Shown here piece after piece: positions 59,739 to 64,000 of a stretch of DNA of 64,000 bases; position 1 is the stretch's first letter; every line of letters starts with the position of its first letter. The position numbers and the translations under genes are program-made. Source of the stretch: Veleropilina oligotropha (taxonomy: Eukaryota); assembly GCA_048128005.1 (NCBI GenBank), contig JBEUKZ010000038.1:62001-126000 (forward strand), given 5' to 3'. The notes beneath the pieces were generated by a model, which saw nothing but the letters and a program-made list of their open reading frames with translations, was not told where the DNA came from and made no database searches.

Positions 59739-62528
59739 TCACTTTTCTGTGATACAGCTCTCTTGTGTTGGCACTTTTCCCCCTGAAGATGCTTCTGCTG
59801 GCACAGGTGTCGAACAGTTGACAGGATGAGAGATTGGCGATTCGTCATCAATGATTCCATATTCTGAAGTTGTCATCTGGCAAGTTGACTCTTTGACGGG
59901 AGATGGTGCATGCGGAATTAATGTAGATGAAATGGTTAATGCTGTAGATGATGCTGAATCCGGTTGAAGACAACTAATGTTGCATGGAAGTGTGTCATCA
60001 CCTTCGGTCTCCTGCAAATGCTCATAGATTTCATCCATATCAAAGTGTGGAACTGTGGAAACTCCCGGTGCATCCATGACATCTGGAAGTTGGACATTGA
60101 CAGTTGCTGCATTCCATTTCGTCTTCATTTTTTTTATTGACCACTCCGACACATATCCATTGTTATGACAGGCTTCATCTGGTTGAGAAAGGAGACATGA
60201 ATCGCAGAAGCATGACAGTCGACGGACATTGAGGATGTATGGAGATATTCCAACTGCAGCATGGATCTTTCTTGTTCCAGGAATGGTAGCAACTTCCAAT
60301 CGCTCTGGTCTCTGACGATTAACATCTCCTTTCTTAACCAGATAAAATGATCTTCTTGAATGATTACATCCATCTGCATCTTGGACACCTCTTTCCAACC
60401 TATTAATGCAGAAGTCAAAAAATGCCTCGGCACTGTTGATAACGAGGTCAGGTTCTGAATGAATGGCTCGCGAAACTGCGTTCTTTAGAACACCTCCTTC
60501 TCCATCACATGGATTTTTGCCGTGATGAGATCCAAAGTAATGGTGCTCTACAACAGGAATGCCAAGATCTTGTTTAGCATATGATAAATCTGCAAATGGT
60601 GTTCTGGATTTATATTGTGCACTGCATCCATCTGTAAACTGTATGAGACGATCTGATGTTATACCTCTGACATGAAGTAGATGACAAACAGCAATATTTA
60701 CATAATGATTAACAGCATTGGCATCATGGACATTGTCATCACTAATGAGGTCAATCGCTTCTCTGACAGGTTGCAGACAATCCGGACAGTTGTAATAGGA
60801 AACAATGGGATGAATTGTCACTTGGATATTATGCCAATGAGCACTCTGGACTTCATTTTGCGTAATGCAGCTGAAATTTTCAGCAAAATCCATAACAAGC
60901 ACAATTGTTGATGACGGTGGATTGCGGATTAACTTGCTAAATTGTGTTTGTTGCCATCTTGCTTGAAACAGATGACTAGCGAAAGGAACCATTTCTTCCT
61001 GAAGTTCCTGCACAAGTGAAGAGAGGGAACCACTTTTGGCAAGTAATCCAATTCTTTTCTTTCCATCGTCAAATGTAGTTTGGGCCCACTTCTGCCATGA
61101 CACGGGTTTAGATTCGTTGTTGGTCACTAGCTCACTTAGATGAATATCTAAATTCATAACACCGCATTTCTTGCAGTGCCTATCGATGCAAAATAAATGA
61201 GCGTATTGACCGTGTGAAGGGCAGAGGGTTAGGTCGGAAGCATGGTACCGGTCTCGAATTCGGCAACTGTCGGTCAATTTGGATTGATGAACCTCTCGAT
61301 TTATGGTCTTTAACTTTAAATCAATATTGGCACATAATTCGCAAAGGCATTGATATAGTTTTGCTTTACTTTGTACCTGTACGTTCTTTGGCCTTAATTC
61401 GGCAAATTTCGATTTGCCGACTTTCACGCCTGGGTTCTCTTCAACGTATGCCCTATAAGTACTTTCCACAGTCTTGTTTAAAACATGTTTACCTTCGACA
61501 GCATTTGCTGCAAGTCCTCTCTTGTTGGGCATTGCAGTCGAAACGTCTATCCGGCGGTAGTGTTCCTGGATGCTTTGTTTTGTCTCTTTGCTAATAGCGT
61601 CTGATCGTTTATGGTTAAATTGGGGATCGATTCCAAGTTGCCTAAACTTTGAATATTTTGCAACATACTTCTTGTTCAGACCAAGTGCTTTGTATGTTTT
61701 CAACTTGATCCCATGGGTTCTGTCCAAATGATCGGTTAACTTTGTCGTAAAAATTCGTTTAGCCTTTTGTCTGCTTAGGCTGGCGCAGGTCTGTTTTACG
61801 CACTGAATGATAGAACTTTCAGTCTGCGACACCTGATGGATCCCCATTTTCCTCATATGTTCTCTTTTCCTAGGACTCGCTTTGTGCACAAGGTGTGACA
61901 ATATGATGGCATGTTTGTGCGAGCCCTTTGGTAAGCTTTTCCGAACCCTGGATAATGCTTTTCGTTGTGCAGTTGCTGATGGGAAATTGGACAGCTCTAT
62001 CTCAAAATAAGGATTTACCTTGTGTGACGTTTCTTTTGTTCTCTTTTCCCTTCTGTAATTAGCATCTTTTTCTCGTATCCTTCTTCGTTTCTGTGAATTT
62101 AAATTAAATCGTTGCCTTCTTTTAGCCACTTTCCATGACTCCCTCTTCGTCTTATTTAGTTCAGCTGTGGATCTGGTAGTACTGGGACTCGCCATTGGTT
62201 CCTTGTTTTCCATTGAAGCTCTTTCTCGTCTTCTTTCTCTGTACTTTTGCATCCTTCTCTTCGACTTTTCATTGTATTCTATCTTTTTTTCCTCAGACAA
62301 TCTTTCTCTGAACAATCTCTGCCTATCGGCCTCGTTCAACATGTGCAATTTCCATGCATCAGGATTTGATTCTTTAAGTTTTTTGCGATATTTCCGCATT
62401 GCACATGAATTTGAGTTTCGTGTCAGGAAGGTGCTGTAATCAAGTTCCTCACATGCAGAACTATGTGGGCATGCAGAACTATGTGGTGGTCCCCTCTCCA
62501 TAGATCTTAACTTGACTTTCAGGCTCAT
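59739..62528 (-). CDS. Sola2-type DDD transposase, main exon (~930 aa)
   Basis: Basic N-terminus; FAELRPKNV, CLCELC; VMDFAENF...EVQSAHW..QVTIHP; SDDNVHD; FTDGCSAQYK; FGSHHGKNPCDGEGGVLK; IPGTRKIH; SCFCDSC. ATG at 62528 follows acceptor attctttcacag; the ORF ends at donor-like GTGAGT. Confidence 0.8.
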   Translation of the reverse strand: MSLKVKLRSMERGPPHSSACPHSSACEELDYSTFLTRNSNSCAMRKYRKKLKESNPDAWKLHMLNEADRQRLFRERLSEEKKIEYNEKSKRRMQKYRERRRERASMENKEPMASPSTTRSTAELNKTKRESWKVAKRRQRFNLNSQKRRRIREKDANYRREKRTKETSHKVNPYFEIELSNFPSATAQRKALSRVRKSLPKGSHKHAIILSHLVHKASPRKREHMRKMGIHQVSQTESSIIQCVKQTCASLSRQKAKRIFTTKLTDHLDRTHGIKLKTYKALGLNKKYVAKYSKFRQLGIDPQFNHKRSDAISKETKQSIQEHYRRIDVSTAMPNKRGLAANAVEGKHVLNKTVESTYRAYVEENPGVKVGKSKFAELRPKNVQVQSKAKLYQCLCELCANIDLKLKTINREVHQSKLTDSCRIRDRYHASDLTLCPSHGQYAHLFCIDRHCKKCGVMNLDIHLSELVTNNESKPVSWQKWAQTTFDDGKKRIGLLAKSGSLSSLVQELQEEMVPFASHLFQARWQQTQFSKLIRNPPSSTIVLVMDFAENFSCITQNEVQSAHWHNIQVTIHPIVSYYNCPDCLQPVREAIDLISDDNVHDANAVNHYVNIAVCHLLHVRGITSDRLIQFTDGCSAQYKSRTPFADLSYAKQDLGIPVVEHHYFGSHHGKNPCDGEGGVLKNAVSRAIHSEPDLVINSAEAFFDFCINRLERGVQDADGCNHSRRSFYLVKKGDVNRQRPERLEVATIPGTRKIHAAVGISPYILNVRRLSCFCDSCLLSQPDEACHNNGYVSEWSIKKMKTKWNAATVNVQLPDVMDAPGVSTVPHFDMDEIYEHLQETEGDDTLPCNISCLQPDSASSTALTISSTLIPHAPSPVKESTCQMTTSEYGIIDDESPISHPVNCSTPVPAEASSGGKVPTQESCITEK

Positions 62529-62944
62529 GATTCGAGTTCTGTGAAAGAATAAAATATTTCCCAAACAAAATGTTTCATTTTAGCATGTAGGCTAATAAAC
62601 ATTTTATGTTTTACGAATTGGTGGGAAATTTATCGGTCGTGGTTCCATTTTTCTGCCATTGGAAAATATTAGTCAATATAGCTTCATAGTAATATAAATA
62701 CTACTAATCATCATGGGGTCATGAAATAGGCTACATGTCCCAAAATTTTGTCGATATCGCATCAGCTAACATCGTTAGGCTAATGACTACTGACGAAGCC
62801 AAAGTGACATCGCCTAAAATTTGGGAAATGTCAGGGGTGGGATTTTTGCTGTGCTTATTTCGCTGAAATTTAATGATCTGCGGAACCGAGGGCAGACTGG
62901 AGACCACGGAAGTGGCTAATAATAAGAGTGGTGGTATAAGATTT

Positions 62945-63160
62945 GTTGGCAACATTGTTTACCACCACTTTTAGCAATTTTTCAGCTGTATCATAGTCTA
63001 GACACCCGGTTTGAGGTCTCGCTCCGATCTGACGGACACAATATTTAGGGATATGCCTTCTATTAGTTTTGAATTAGCCATGCCAGAGCAGGGGTTTGAA
63101 CCCACATCCTACCGTCCCACTTAACGTTTTTCCGACGCTTTAACGGTTGAACCAGTTGGT
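62945..63160 (-). mobile_element. Degenerate SINE, family 2
   Basis: Minus-strand B box ggttcaaacc (~63094-63103); body shared with 955-1175. Confidence 0.55.
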
Positions 63161-63482
63161 GGTATAGCCTCTCCAGAAAATTTTAAATGCTCGAGTAAGC
63201 ATTTGATGCATTTTCAGAGTATTTATTTCTCCCTCAAATTTATTTTGTCAAATTTCTCACCGGACATGAATGATTAAGTGCACTACACGTCTGTTGATAA
63301 TATAAAATCGACTGAACTCACTGAAAAATCTCATCCATGCGTCACTGATTTGCATGCCACTGTCAGAAGTATTTTTCATTAATTTGTTATATATATGTCG
63401 TTACCGGAGTTGGTCAACAAGACTGACAGCTGTACAGGTCACAGTCTGAGTGGATAAGATATTATAACCTCCATTACATTAA

Positions 63483-63938
63483 AGAGACTATTGCCCGTAA
63501 ATGCGCTCTTTCGCACGAGTTGTCTGTGGCACGAATTGTCCTTGCACCATATAACGCCCGGTTCGTGCAGATTGATACAAATTTCGCGAAGATATGATCG
63601 ATATATGATCAAATGATAGACATTTATTGAAATTGTTATTGTAAATGAGCAATATATGTTATTGTCAAGTAGAAAGCTATCTTACTTGACGAGCAGAAAC
63701 CAACGCAACTGTGCTCCAATTTGGTCAATTGGAAAATATCTCTGTGCGAGGTATTTAAACGCGGACCGCGTTTTATTATTTTTAAATATTCAACAGCGAT
63801 TAGTTTAAACGGTAGAAAATTACTGACGAATGTTGAGTGTTGAAAATTCCTAACTTTTTACGTTATAAACAAAAAGTGTAATGCCGTTTTAGTTTTCTTT
63901 TAACAAAAGAAAGAGCGCATTTACGGGCAATAGTCTCT
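63483..63938. mobile_element. Kolobok-like MITE
   Basis: 30-bp perfect TIRs agagactattgcccgtaaatgcgctctttc; TTAA TSD on both sides; AG...CT termini. Confidence 0.85.
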
Positions 63939-64000
63939 TTAAACTTCTGGTTATATAGTCAATCATAACTGCAAAATTGTTAGTCTCTTCAAACAAGAGC

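Noticed and set aside
62529..62564. TTG start of the 941-aa ORF
   Set aside because: In a eukaryotic context this stretch is a polypyrimidine tract/acceptor; ATG at 62528 is the more plausible start.

Overview
AT-rich eukaryotic (invertebrate, mollusc/lophotrochozoan-like) DNA, mostly intronic or intergenic and packed with transposable elements; there are no prokaryotic features. Host gene: three in-phase EGF exons on + (32307-32429, 33312-33434, 52806-52931) of a MEGF6/EGFEM1-like extracellular protein. Major elements: (1) a structurally complete DIRS1-type tyrosine-recombinase retrotransposon (8332-16857) with gag, RT/RNaseH/methyltransferase-like and YR ORFs, 209-bp inverted terminal repeats and an internal complementary region; its RT is broken by a small deletion. 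(2) The 3' part of a Ngaro-type YR retrotransposon (37506-40430, -) with B1-A2-B2 split direct repeats, six 74-bp TATA/Inr-like modules per B repeat, and an unexpected 41-bp flanking duplication. (3) An uninterrupted, apparently spliced Sola2-type DDD transposase (-, 59739-62528, plus a likely last exon at 58213-58416). (4) Several CA...TG hAT-like elements with 5-6-bp TSDs, one splitting a tRNA-derived SINE and carrying nested insertions. (5) An Academ-like foldback element, many Helentron/HINE-like satellite-carrying elements, a short Helitron, a Penelope fragment with a decayed hammerhead, MITEs, SINEs and minisatellites. Family assignments rest on motif recognition only; no database searches were run.
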